From contig OY970229.1 in assembly GCA_963714085.1 (NCBI GenBank), forward strand, positions 1,184,001-1,248,000: a DNA stretch of 64,000 bases, written 5' to 3'. The notes under the pieces are model-generated. The model searched no databases. It was not told the origin of the DNA and worked only from the letters and a program-made list of their open reading frames with translations. Source of the stretch: an uncultured Candidatus Micrarchaeota archaeon (GTDB lineage Archaea > Micrarchaeota > Micrarchaeia > Anstonellales > Bilamarchaeaceae). The position numbers and the translations under genes are program-made. Of this stretch, positions 10,021 to 19,161 are shown piece after piece; within the stretch, counting starts at the first letter, position 1; each line of letters begins with the position of its first letter.

Positions 10021-10680
10021 TCAGAACACGGCCGCGAGCCCGCTGAGGAACTTCTTCGGGTCCTCGGCCTTCACGAACGCGCTCGAGAGCAGGACGCCTT
10101 CTGAGCCCAGCTCCAGCGCCTTGCGCACGTCATCCGCGTTGCTGACCCCCGCGCCGCAGAGCACGGTGATCTTCGAGTTTATCTTTTTGATTTCCTTCAC
10201 TGTCTCAGTGACAACTTCCGGCTTCGCGGTCGATACGCTCACGCCCGAGCCTATGAGCTCCGGCGGCTCCACAGCGATATAAGTAGGTTCGAATGCCGCG
10301 ATCTCCGCCGCCTCTTTCGTGCTTGCCGCGCATACGAGCGATTCCAGGCCGTTGGACTGCAGCGCCTGCACCGTCGCCTTGACCTTGTCCATCCGCAGCT
10401 TCTTCTCCGAATGGTTGACCAGCGAGCCCTTCACCTTTATTATCTTGAGCGCGTCCACGGGTATGGAGCCGGTGAAAGCCCCGGGGCTCTCCGCGTCCAC
10501 GTGCTGCGCGAACACGTCGCCGAACCTCTCGGTCGCCTCCTTGAGGTATATCGCCGGGGGGCACACCACTATGCGCACTCCGGTCTCGGCCACCACCTCG
10601 CTCGCGATGTCCGTGAAAAGAAGCGACCTTTCCAGGCTTTGCGTATATGTCTTAAGATTGAGGACTATCAAGGCATTCAC
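10021..10680 (-). CDS. tpiA: Triosephosphate isomerase, archaeal type
   Basis: NLKTY, AQHVD, GSLVNHSEK, AVEPPELIGSG, LCGAGV. Confidence 0.97.
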   Translation of the reverse strand: MNALIVLNLKTYTQSLERSLLFTDIASEVVAETGVRIVVCPPAIYLKEATERFGDVFAQHVDAESPGAFTGSIPVDALKIIKVKGSLVNHSEKKLRMDKVKATVQALQSNGLESLVCAASTKEAAEIAAFEPTYIAVEPPELIGSGVSVSTAKPEVVTETVKEIKKINSKITVLCGAGVSNADDVRKALELGSEGVLLSSAFVKAEDPKKFLSGLAAVF

Positions 10681-10779
10681 CCATTCATGAAATGATTGAA
10701 AGTCTTTAAATGGTTGGGCAACCCACCGCGGAAATGTGGTCGAGTTAAGTTAATAAAGTCGAATTCTCCTGCATCTGTC

Positions 10780-11469
10780 ATGGATTTAAGCGAAATCAAC
10801 AGGAAAAAGATTCTGATTCGTTGGGGGAGAATTCATGCAGCCGAACAAGAATACATCACTATTCATGCAATGAAGAACGAACCCCTCAAGGCAAGACTCC
10901 ACGGTTATCTTTGTGGCGACGGAAGCGTATCCTGCAGAAAGGAACGCAAAAATGGAAAGATGCATCATGAAATCCGCTTCTATCCGGACCATGTCTCCAT
11001 GGCGGCTTCTTACATAGATGCCTTTCATCTGGTTTATGGAAAGCGATTGAAATTGAAAGAACTAACGAACCATTATCTCGTCAATGTAAACTCCCAAGTC
11101 ATAGTCCACGACCTTCTTCGTGATGGTTCCTTTTCAAGCATGGGATGGCGCGTGCCTATTTGGGTGGCGCGCAATCAAGAGAACTCCAAAGAATGGCTCC
11201 GTGCGTTTTTTGATGCCGAAGCGTATGTCAGTGACAAGGAAATTCGTGTCCAATCCGTTAACAAAATCGGGCTGCGCCAGGTGAAGTCGATGCTCGAGGC
11301 TTTTGGAATCACGTGCAGGGAGTATACCTACAAAAGGAAAAACAAAAGATGGAATATCAACTATCATCTGGCAATTCGTGGACAGGAGAATCGATACTAT
11401 TTCTTAAAAAAGGTTGGCTTCAATCATATAAAAAAATTGAACAAATTAAGTAGTGCCGACGTCGCATAA
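10780..11469 (+). mobile_element. Free-standing double-motif LAGLIDADG homing endonuclease-like ORF
   Basis: Motifs LHGYLCGDGS and WLRAFFDAEAYV; visibly AT-richer than its flanks; likely start is the ATG at 10780 after a TATA-like TTAATAAA; stop lies inside the tRNA. Confidence 0.88.
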
Positions 11470-11572
11470 TCCGGTAGTGCGTCGGAAACCATTACGGTTG
11501 ACGAATCTCGAACCGGATTAATCGAGAAAACCGATCCCTCTGGGATTGCAGGTTCAAATCCTGCCGTCGGCG
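11455..11572 (+). tRNA. tRNA-Ser(CGA) with two introns (11486-11505 at position 30/31; 11513-11528 at 37/38)
   Basis: Acceptor GCCGACG/CGTCGGC-G, long variable arm TCCCTCTGGGA, T arm GGTTCAAATCC; removing both introns gives TCGGT-CT-CGA-AA-ACCGA. Confidence 0.88.
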
Positions 11573-11586
11573 TTTTTTCTCACCGA

Positions 11587-12348
11587 TCAGCAGATGAGCA
11601 GCGGTCTGGAGAAGTCGCTTTCCAGGAAGATGGCGGCGCGGACCTTCTGGTCCCTGGCACGGGGGCCGTCCGCCCTGAAAAGAGGCGACATCCCCCTCAA
11701 AAAGGTTTTGGCGAACCCAGGTTCATTGAGCACGGCGTCCTGGAGATCCTCCTTTAACCGGGCCGGCATCACGAAGTTGATCAATACCGGGAGCGGCTTG
11801 GAACCCCTGCCGCCAAGCAGATCTTCGTTTATGCTGGTCGCCATGCAAACAACCAGCTCATCCCCGCGGATCCTGAGGTGTATCTCGCGTGGGTCCGGCT
11901 TCAAGTCCATATAATTCTGCACGCACACGCCCTGGAGCTCTCTCATATTCGCTCTTTTTGCAAGTTCCGGAGCCGCGTGCATCCCGCAGAAAATAAAACC
12001 CTCTGGGTACGGCAGCATCGCTATCCCCCCGATGGCATGGCGCTTTATCTCTACTATGACCTCGGCGGGCGATAGTTCTCGTTCCGGTTCGGATATGACG
12101 CTCGGAACTCGGGCCGCTGGTGCATGCGTGGCCGGAGGCGTACGGGTCTCCAAAATCCCGCTTGCGGTCCGGCCAGCCGGGGCTTGGCCAGCGGTTCTCG
12201 GCTCGGTAGTCGCGCCCTCGGCAAGCGGGAGCGGCGACGGCGCAGCCGGCTTACTTGCTGGCGGTGGAGCCGTCGGGCCAGCTCGCTTCGTGGTGCGAAG
12301 AGCCATTCCGAGCGCCCGCAACGGATCGTCAGGACCGAGTTTTCTCAT
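11587..12348 (-). CDS. Hypothetical protein with Pro/Ala-rich N-terminal region
   Basis: Likely ATG (MRKLG) follows a TATA-like TATATTT; low-complexity N-terminal half, globular C-terminal half. Confidence 0.55.
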   Translation of the reverse strand: MRKLGPDDPLRALGMALRTTKRAGPTAPPPASKPAAPSPLPLAEGATTEPRTAGQAPAGRTASGILETRTPPATHAPAARVPSVISEPERELSPAEVIVEIKRHAIGGIAMLPYPEGFIFCGMHAAPELAKRANMRELQGVCVQNYMDLKPDPREIHLRIRGDELVVCMATSINEDLLGGRGSKPLPVLINFVMPARLKEDLQDAVLNEPGFAKTFLRGMSPLFRADGPRARDQKVRAAIFLESDFSRPLLIC

Positions 12349-12483
12349 GTGATAATCTATGTTAAGAAATATATAAAAATGTGCCTGTCCGGGCTGGCGC
12401 ACAGCTTTTCAGGATACGGGCGCCCCGATTCCGCAGTCCGCTGTATTTTTACTGTTTGCCGGTTTCTTATTACCGGTGCTTGC

Positions 12484-13302
12484 ATGGAAGACTCACGAAA
12501 TGCGCGCAAGGTCGTCATAATAACAGGCGCGTCATCCGGCATAGGGCGCGAGGCCGCGCGCCTGTTCGCGCAGAAGGGGTGGCAGGTGGTCGCCACAATG
12601 AGGGACACCTCGCGCGGGGAGGACCTCGCCGCTTTGGGCAACGTGGACCTCATGCGCATCGACGTCAGGGATTCCGGATCCATCAGGAGCGCCTACGACA
12701 AGACGATGAAGAGATACGGCAGGATAGACGTCCTGGTGAACAACGCGGGATACGGGCTCGTGGGTCCGATCGAGGCCGCGAAAAGGGAGCAGATGGAAGC
12801 GGAGGTCGACACCAACCTCATCGGGCTCATGGACGCCACCGCGCAAGTGCTGCCGCACATGAGGAAGAACAAGTCGGGGACCATCGTCAACATCTCTTCC
12901 ATGGCCGGGAAGGTCGCGTTCCCGTATCACAGCGCGTACAATGCCACCAAGTTCGGAGTGGAGGGATTCACCGAGGCGCTGCAATACGAGGTCAGGAAGT
13001 TCGGGATCAGGATGAAGCTCGTGGAGCCCGGGATGGTCGAGACCGATTTCTACACGCGTTCGATGGAAAAGCTGGCGCATCCCGCCTACGGCGACTATTC
13101 CGGGATGACGAAGCGGACCGGCTCGAGAAAGGGGATCCCGCCCACGCGCGTCGCGGAAGTGATCTACCGCGCGGCGAACGATGCGAGCGGCAGGCTGCGC
13201 TATCCGGTGGGGAGCGATGCCGCCATGCTATTGCTCATCAAAAAAGTGCTGCCGGACGGCGTCTTCTCCTGGTTGATAATGAGGGTAATGGGTAGTTCTT
13301 GA
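12484..13302 (+). CDS. Short-chain dehydrogenase/reductase
   Basis: TGASSGIG, NNAG and YxxxK (YNATK) motifs. Confidence 0.95.
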   Translation: MEDSRNARKVVIITGASSGIGREAARLFAQKGWQVVATMRDTSRGEDLAALGNVDLMRIDVRDSGSIRSAYDKTMKRYGRIDVLVNNAGYGLVGPIEAAKREQMEAEVDTNLIGLMDATAQVLPHMRKNKSGTIVNISSMAGKVAFPYHSAYNATKFGVEGFTEALQYEVRKFGIRMKLVEPGMVETDFYTRSMEKLAHPAYGDYSGMTKRTGSRKGIPPTRVAEVIYRAANDASGRLRYPVGSDAAMLLLIKKVLPDGVFSWLIMRVMGSS

Positions 13303-13703
13303 TGGAAAAGCGAATGACCACGAAGGAGCTTCTGGACAGATACTACGAACGGCTCTCAGGAAAAGGCGAATTGGGCCCCTTGCTTTCCGAAGACTTCATG
13401 CTCGCAGGGACCGGGGCGAAAGAGGCCCGGGGAAGGGACGCGCACGCTGACAACCTTTTTTTCAGGTTTGTCAAGAGCCTGGAAGTCAAAACAATGATTA
13501 TTGACGGCGAGCGCGCCTGTGCGGTGGTCCATTACGCCCTCGTGTCCCCGCAGGGCGACGGCTTCTCGTGCGACGTCGCCGAGGTCTGGGAGATGAAAAA
13601 CGGGAAGCTCGCTTCGCTGGCGATGTATTTCGATACGGTGGAGTATCAGAAGTTCATGCTTCCGATTCTGTTTCCACTTACGCGGCTTAAGAAGAAAAGA
13701 TAA
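13299..13703 (+). CDS. NTF2/SnoaL-like protein
   Basis: LLSEDF...IDGERAC...EVWEMKNGKL...YFDT pattern; overlaps the SDR stop. Confidence 0.75.
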   Translation: MMEKRMTTKELLDRYYERLSGKGELGPLLSEDFMLAGTGAKEARGRDAHADNLFFRFVKSLEVKTMIIDGERACAVVHYALVSPQGDGFSCDVAEVWEMKNGKLASLAMYFDTVEYQKFMLPILFPLTRLKKKR

Positions 13704-13706
13704 GAT

Positions 13707-13779
13707 AGCCTCGGAAGGGATTTGAACCCCTGGCCTCAGGTTTACGAAACCCGCGCTCTACCAGCTGAGCTACCGAGGC
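13707..13779 (-). tRNA. tRNA-Thr(CGT)
   Basis: GCCTCGG-TAGCTCAGCTGGTAGAGC-CGGGT-TT-CGT-AA-ACCTG...GGTTCAAATCC-CCGAGGC-T. Confidence 0.95.
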
Positions 13780-13842
13780 GAATAAAGCGTGGGTTATGTA
13801 GCGCCCCACTTCTTTTATATATTTCCCTTTACCATCCAAATC

Positions 13843-14469
13843 ATGGAAATAGAGCCTATCACTACCGGCAAGACCGAGGATAAAGTGGAATTCGCCACCG
13901 CGTTCAAGGCGATCCAGGTCGCGCTGGACAACTACCAGGACATATTCTCGGACTTCGACACCGGGCCCTACAACTACAGGACGCTGTCCAACGACTTCGT
14001 CAACGAGGTGGAGCGCCGCTACGTGGAGACCAAGCCCGGCGAATTCGAGGTGCGGCTGACCCTGCCGGCCAAGGAGCGCGACCAGAGGGTCGAGATGGTC
14101 ATAAAGAAGCGGCTGAGGGACTACTTCACCGGCCGGCTCAAGGAGAAGGACGAGGAGATCACCAAAAAGAGGAACATCGGCATCGTCAGGATCCTGGCGG
14201 GTATCGTGATAATCATCTCAGTCTTAGAACTGCCCATAGCAGATAGCGCCGCGGTGTCGAACATACTCTTCGTCCCGGGGTGGTTCTTCATATGGTCAGG
14301 GTTCGAGAACATCATGGACATCCCGGGCAAGCTCGCAGAAGAGCGCCAGTTCCTGAGCAGGTTCTCCAAGGCGAAGTACCATTTCTACTCCGAGGACGAG
14401 CTCACCGTGGTGGCTGAGAAGCTCCCCGAACCGCCCCCGGTCCCGCCCCTGGAGCCGAGGCATACCTAG
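13843..14469 (+). CDS. Hypothetical membrane protein (2 TM)
   Basis: LDNYQDIFSDFD N-terminal domain, then two hydrophobic helices with GWFFIWSG. Confidence 0.75.
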   Translation: MEIEPITTGKTEDKVEFATAFKAIQVALDNYQDIFSDFDTGPYNYRTLSNDFVNEVERRYVETKPGEFEVRLTLPAKERDQRVEMVIKKRLRDYFTGRLKEKDEEITKKRNIGIVRILAGIVIIISVLELPIADSAAVSNILFVPGWFFIWSGFENIMDIPGKLAEERQFLSRFSKAKYHFYSEDELTVVAEKLPEPPPVPPLEPRHT

Positions 14470-14598
14470 ATTCCTTCCCCTGCAAAACTTACCATTACTT
14501 GTATTTGCATGTAGGATTTTGCATCAGGGTAGTGAGAGAATATCGCTCTCAGGCTGTTCGAGCATAATTCTCCTGCAAAATTTTACCATTTACCCGCA

Positions 14599-15561
14599 CT
14601 AGAAATACCTCAACGCGAGCACCTCGGTCATGCGGAACGTGTCAAAGGTCCGAAGCATCGAGCCTCCCTTGTCTTTCAGCTCTGAAATCAGGGATTCGAA
14701 CTTATCCGGCTCGATGAAGAACTCGGCCTCTATGTCCGCATAACCCGTCGTCCTGTCCAGATAGACCAGGTTCGGGTGCGACTCAATAATACTCATCAGC
14801 GCTTTCGCTACGCTCCTATCCGACAAGAATACGTCCAGCTTGAGGTATTCCCAGCCAAACTTCTCGAAATCTATAGTCGGTCTGAACGCCAAGATAACGC
14901 CCTCTTTTCTCAACGCATTCATTCTTCTTTTCAGGGTGACCGGATTCAGTCCAAGCTTCGAAGCGAGATTGTTGAGCCTGATGCGGCCGTCCTTGGCGAG
15001 CTCGGACAGCATCACGACGTCCTTCTCGTCCACCTTCACGATCCTGTCTTTTCCGCCTACGATAATGGGATTGCCCTTCTCCACACCCGGAAATGGATAA
15101 GGATAATGCACAGCTTCGTAGTAAGGCGATGACTCCACAACGAGCAGAAACCTCGCGAATCTGTCCGCGAACCCCTCCCATACCCTATGGAGCTCTTTCT
15201 GCGAGCGGTAGATGACCATCCAGCTGATGTCGAACTTGCCGGAAACCTTTCCGAGGAACCACGTCTGGGGCAGCGAAGCCACGTAAGCGAGGATCTCCTT
15301 TTCGCTCATGCTGTCAGTGCCTTGGAACTTCGCGTAGAACCTGTGGAACGAGTAGCCTATAAGGGAGGTGTCTATCACCGCGTGGTAGCCTTTTATGACG
15401 CCTGACTTTTCGAGCTTCGAGATGCGCTTGGAGACCGCCTCCTTGCTCAGCCTCACCTTCCTGCCTATGACGTTCAGGGACTGGCGGCAGTTCGCGTCGA
15501 GCTCCTTCAGTATCTTCTGGTCTATTGCATCCAATTTAATTGACAAAGCATCATTTTTCAT
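14599..15561 (-). CDS. Tandem (double) Lrp/AsnC-type transcriptional regulator
   Basis: Two HTH+RAM units: LDAIDQKILKELDANCRQSL...RISKLEKSGVI and VDEKDVVMLSELAKDGR...RMNALRKEGVI. Confidence 0.9.
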   Translation of the reverse strand: MKNDALSIKLDAIDQKILKELDANCRQSLNVIGRKVRLSKEAVSKRISKLEKSGVIKGYHAVIDTSLIGYSFHRFYAKFQGTDSMSEKEILAYVASLPQTWFLGKVSGKFDISWMVIYRSQKELHRVWEGFADRFARFLLVVESSPYYEAVHYPYPFPGVEKGNPIIVGGKDRIVKVDEKDVVMLSELAKDGRIRLNNLASKLGLNPVTLKRRMNALRKEGVILAFRPTIDFEKFGWEYLKLDVFLSDRSVAKALMSIIESHPNLVYLDRTTGYADIEAEFFIEPDKFESLISELKDKGGSMLRTFDTFRMTEVLALRYF

Positions 15562-15631
15562 ACAAATTAGTATTGTTTGTCAAGATTCTTAATGATTGGT
15601 GTTAAGTATATGTTTTGCTTTGTTATAAAAC

Positions 15632-16771
15632 ATGGCAACAAAAGAAATTTACAACAAGGAAAAAGCGTTTGCTTTCTCAGGACAGGTCTCATCGCAGGTC
15701 TCGGTCGCCATCCGGGACGCGGTACACTCGAGGGGCCCGAAATACGCTGAAGCCTTGATGGATATCCCGCTGAAGAAGGCGAGCGGCACGACCCTCCAGC
15801 GTGCGACGCTCTTCTCCGCAGTGCTCCAAGACAGCGGAAAGGACTGGACAAGGCACGTCAGAGCCGCTGCCTCGCTTGAGCTCCTTGTGTCGTACATGTA
15901 TTTGCATAACAGGATATACGACAACAAGGGAGGCATCAACTTCTCTGATCCGCCAACCGTCGGAAGGCACATTCTCGCAGGAAACCTATGCAGAGAGCTG
16001 GCGTGCTCGGTGCTGCGGCATGATGCGGGCCCGGACACTGAGCGGGTGTTCAGGTGGGCCTCCGAGGTCTTCGATTACGGCCAGGTGCTCGCTTTCGATA
16101 GCAGGCAGGCATTCGAGGGGCCGCAGGAGCGCATGGACACGCTGATGCTTATGCTGAAGCGGACTTACTGCATAAACGCGGCATACTTCCAGGGAATCGG
16201 CGCGCTCGCGGGTGCCGTATCCGGCGCAAGCCCTGAGAGAATCGACATGCTCGCGAGATGGTCCTACGGATTCGGCATGCTCGTGCAGTTCGTGAACGAC
16301 ATCGCGGATTTCGTCCCATCGACATTCGGAGAATCCACAGTGGAGAAGGTTCCGGATGACGCCTTCGCGGATTTCAGGAAAAAGGAGCTCAGCCTGGTGC
16401 ACCACAGGCTCATACATGCGGGCGCTGATTTCTCTTCGGAGGAATCGTGCCTCGCGTCCGCAGGCAGTTCGGGCGTCATCCGGAGCTCCATGCGCCTCTG
16501 CAGAAGCATCTCCCGCGCACTAGGGAAATGGGCTATGGACGAAGGCATGGAAACGCTCGCAGGCACGTCGTTCCTGGGAATCTCGAACAAATACTTCAAG
16601 GATTTGATGCGCATGAAAGAAACCGGTCGCATCCAGTGGGGCGCGGTCTCAGAAGCGGATTCGCGCGAGAACCAGGCGATACTGGAAGCGCTCATCCGCC
16701 ATCCTGGGCCGGTCTGGGGCGGGCTCCCGGAGCATCTCCAGCCCCGCTTCTCCTATCTTAGAACGAGATGA
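15632..16771 (+). CDS. Class I isoprenoid (polyprenyl/terpene) synthase-fold protein with altered Asp-rich motifs
   Basis: AAASLELL...LHNRIYD at the FARM position, FGMLVQFVNDIADF at the SARM position, then AFADFRKKEL. Confidence 0.75.
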   Translation: MATKEIYNKEKAFAFSGQVSSQVSVAIRDAVHSRGPKYAEALMDIPLKKASGTTLQRATLFSAVLQDSGKDWTRHVRAAASLELLVSYMYLHNRIYDNKGGINFSDPPTVGRHILAGNLCRELACSVLRHDAGPDTERVFRWASEVFDYGQVLAFDSRQAFEGPQERMDTLMLMLKRTYCINAAYFQGIGALAGAVSGASPERIDMLARWSYGFGMLVQFVNDIADFVPSTFGESTVEKVPDDAFADFRKKELSLVHHRLIHAGADFSSEESCLASAGSSGVIRSSMRLCRSISRALGKWAMDEGMETLAGTSFLGISNKYFKDLMRMKETGRIQWGAVSEADSRENQAILEALIRHPGPVWGGLPEHLQPRFSYLRTR

Positions 16772-16777
16772 CATGGC

Positions 16778-17941
16778 ATGAAGATCGCAGACAGAAGCAG
16801 GACCGGGATCTCACGGTATTGCCCGACGTTCAGCGATGCGTTTTCACGCCCCTTCAGGAAGGCGAAGGAGGCTGTCGACCCGGATCCGATTCTTCCCGGG
16901 CAGGCTTACCGGAAAGGCGAAGTCAGAGAGCGGCTAGCCAAAGGAGAAACATCACAACTGCGTGAGATGGTGGCGCGCCATCCAGAATCCACGCGAATCA
17001 TAGCCGGCCTGCTTTCGGATGCTGATTGGCATGTAAGGAAGAATGCCGCTTGTGCGTTGCTCGATACGTTGGGCAGCGATGACGCATCAGTCAATTTCCC
17101 AAGATGGTTAAGCGATCTCCCTCGCGATGCTACTCCGCTGGAAATGGTGTTTTGCTACCTGGAGCATTTCCATCATGGCATCATAGTCGCTCTTCCTGCG
17201 CTTAAGGATACACTTTCGGACAAGGACCCGCGCATCTTATTGCGTACTCTGGCAGCGTTGAAACACACCGCGCAAAGATGGGACGTTTCTGCGCTCATGC
17301 CAGTTGTCGCGAAGGCGTTCTCCGAAGCGGATTCAGACATCCGGGATGACATGAGCGCGGCGGACTGGGTGCATGCCTACTCGAGTTACAAATACGATTA
17401 TTCGATTGCCGTACCAGAGCTCGCGGAGCTATTCGATAGTCGCGAGTGGCGAATCAACTGCTACGCCGCCAACGCCCTTGGCGATGCTGCAGCGCATGGA
17501 TGCGACATATCTGTCGCCGTACCAGCTCTTGCGGGAGAGATTTCATGCTTCGGCACACGCGCCGAATGCGCGGCCGATGCTTTGCGCACGGCCTCGAAAA
17601 CGACGGATATCAATATCTCCGACACGATTCCACGCATTATCGATCAGATTTGGTACGAATACGGCAAGTACTTCTTTGACTACCCGGACGATGCGGACCA
17701 CAGGCTTTTCCTCTGCAATCGCCTTGTCGGGGCATTGGAGAATCTGATACGTTTCCACACCTCGGACATCGAAAATATGTATCCCATATTAAGAGTACTC
17801 ACTTATCTCAGTGATTCCGAGCGGGTCGAGTCGGACCTGAATAAAGCCACGTTCGCCAGAGTGGTGCTCACCAAGGAGCAGGCCCGCTACGTGCTGGGAC
17901 TCGCCGAGCAGACGTACACCAAGAGCGGGACAGCAACATGA
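16778..17941 (+). CDS. HEAT/ARM repeat protein
   Basis: LLSDADWHVRKNAACAL, LSDKDPRI, DSREWRINCYAANALG, repeated DISVAVPAL-like units; lower GC than core. Confidence 0.8.
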   Translation: MKIADRSRTGISRYCPTFSDAFSRPFRKAKEAVDPDPILPGQAYRKGEVRERLAKGETSQLREMVARHPESTRIIAGLLSDADWHVRKNAACALLDTLGSDDASVNFPRWLSDLPRDATPLEMVFCYLEHFHHGIIVALPALKDTLSDKDPRILLRTLAALKHTAQRWDVSALMPVVAKAFSEADSDIRDDMSAADWVHAYSSYKYDYSIAVPELAELFDSREWRINCYAANALGDAAAHGCDISVAVPALAGEISCFGTRAECAADALRTASKTTDINISDTIPRIIDQIWYEYGKYFFDYPDDADHRLFLCNRLVGALENLIRFHTSDIENMYPILRVLTYLSDSERVESDLNKATFARVVLTKEQARYVLGLAEQTYTKSGTAT

Positions 17942-18076
17942 AAAGTTATCAGATACGTGCTAAGCCAGAAACTCAGGAAAGAGCTCAAGCCGCAGCCCAA
18001 TGCATGAACCTATAAATGTTTTCCCTGAGTCATATCGTAAAATCGTGCTGGATGCTGCATGATCGGCGAGCGTCTT

Positions 18077-18601
18077 TTACCTCGGAATAGGCAGGCTTCC
18101 CAGCTCTTCCCTCGCCCGCGCGAGAAGGAATCCCATGCAATCGGCCTTTTTGCCCCTTCTCTTGTTCCACTCAGCGACTATCTGCTTGTAGGTGCCCAGC
18201 TCCCATAGATAAGTCGGCCTGAGCTGGGCCCCGAAACCCAGGGTCCGGAACATGAGTCCTGAGACGCCAGGGCAGAGCCGCGTCTTCCACCTGCCGTCTA
18301 TCCCTTTAGGGAACGCCTTGCAGACCGAAGGCGAGAATCCGTATATCGTGCACCTCTTGCCATCGAGGAACAGGCATGGATGGGATTTGAGGCAGAGGAT
18401 GTGCTCCTCCAGGTATTTCCTGTCATGGAACTCGAGCACGGTGTCGTTGTCGAAATTGAGCAGCCGCAGAGGGTAGAGCACCGCGAACTCTTCCGGCTTC
18501 TGCTTCAGGTTGTCCTCTATCCTGACTATGTCGAATATCGTCACCGTGATATAGAGGTCCTTGCAGCACGATGCATCGCAGATCGTGCAGGGATTCGCCA
18601 T
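18077..18601 (-). CDS. YkgJ-like Cys-cluster (Zn/Fe-S) protein
   Basis: CxxCxxxCC at N-terminus; CLFL...CTIY...PSVCKAFP. Confidence 0.85.
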   Translation of the reverse strand: MANPCTICDASCCKDLYITVTIFDIVRIEDNLKQKPEEFAVLYPLRLLNFDNDTVLEFHDRKYLEEHILCLKSHPCLFLDGKRCTIYGFSPSVCKAFPKGIDGRWKTRLCPGVSGLMFRTLGFGAQLRPTYLWELGTYKQIVAEWNKRRGKKADCMGFLLARAREELGSLPIPR

Positions 18602-18650
18602 AATGAGATATTTACCATGCCAAACGTTTTAATCATGGCGGGAAAACCGA

Positions 18651-18723
18651 TGGGGGAGCTGAGATTTGAACTCAGATAACAAGCTCCCAAAGCTTGCAGC
18701 ATACCAGGTTGGCTCACTCCCCC
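18651..18723 (-). tRNA. tRNA-Pro(TGG)
   Basis: GGGGGAG...CAAGC-TT-TGG-GA-GCTTG...GTTCAAATC...CTCCCCC-A. Confidence 0.95.
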
Positions 18724-18771
18724 GTATGGGACAGGATGGTGTTTGAAAGCGATTATAAATAAAATAGTCAG

Positions 18772-19161
18772 TCAGTTCACGCACTTCCTCTCGAGCAGGT
18801 GGATGGAGCCGAACCTCTTCACCCTGAAGCCGTAATGATGGTAGAGCTCCAAAGCCGGATTCGACATGGTCGTGGTCAGCACCATGGGCTTGTCGCTCCT
18901 GGAGAACACCTGGAACAGCCGGTCAAGGAGCGCGGTCCCGATGCCGTGCCCGCGGGCGGACTCCTCCACCCCCAGGCCCTGCAGTACGATGCGCCTCTCC
19001 TCCTCCACCGCATGGCAGAACCCGACCGCCTTGCCCTTGGATTCTGCGAGCAGCACCACGTCCCCCTCGCAGATGTCCGGGTCCGCTTCAGGGAACACGT
19101 TGGCTATGAGCTCGAGCGCGTCCTCGATCTCCTCAGGCTTGAGCATCCTCACGGTTATCAT
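18772..19161 (-). CDS. GNAT family acetyltransferase
   Basis: True start MITVRM at 19161; LGVEESARGHGIGTALL and LYHHYGF motifs. Confidence 0.9.
   Translation of the reverse strand: MITVRMLKPEEIEDALELIANVFPEADPDICEGDVVLLAESKGKAVGFCHAVEEERRIVLQGLGVEESARGHGIGTALLDRLFQVFSRSDKPMVLTTTMSNPALELYHHYGFRVKRFGSIHLLERKCVN

Noticed and set aside
17938..18015. Short ORF or readthrough tail after the HEAT gene
   Set aside because: Too short, no SD or recoding signal; the genetic code is otherwise standard, with TGA used as stop in core genes
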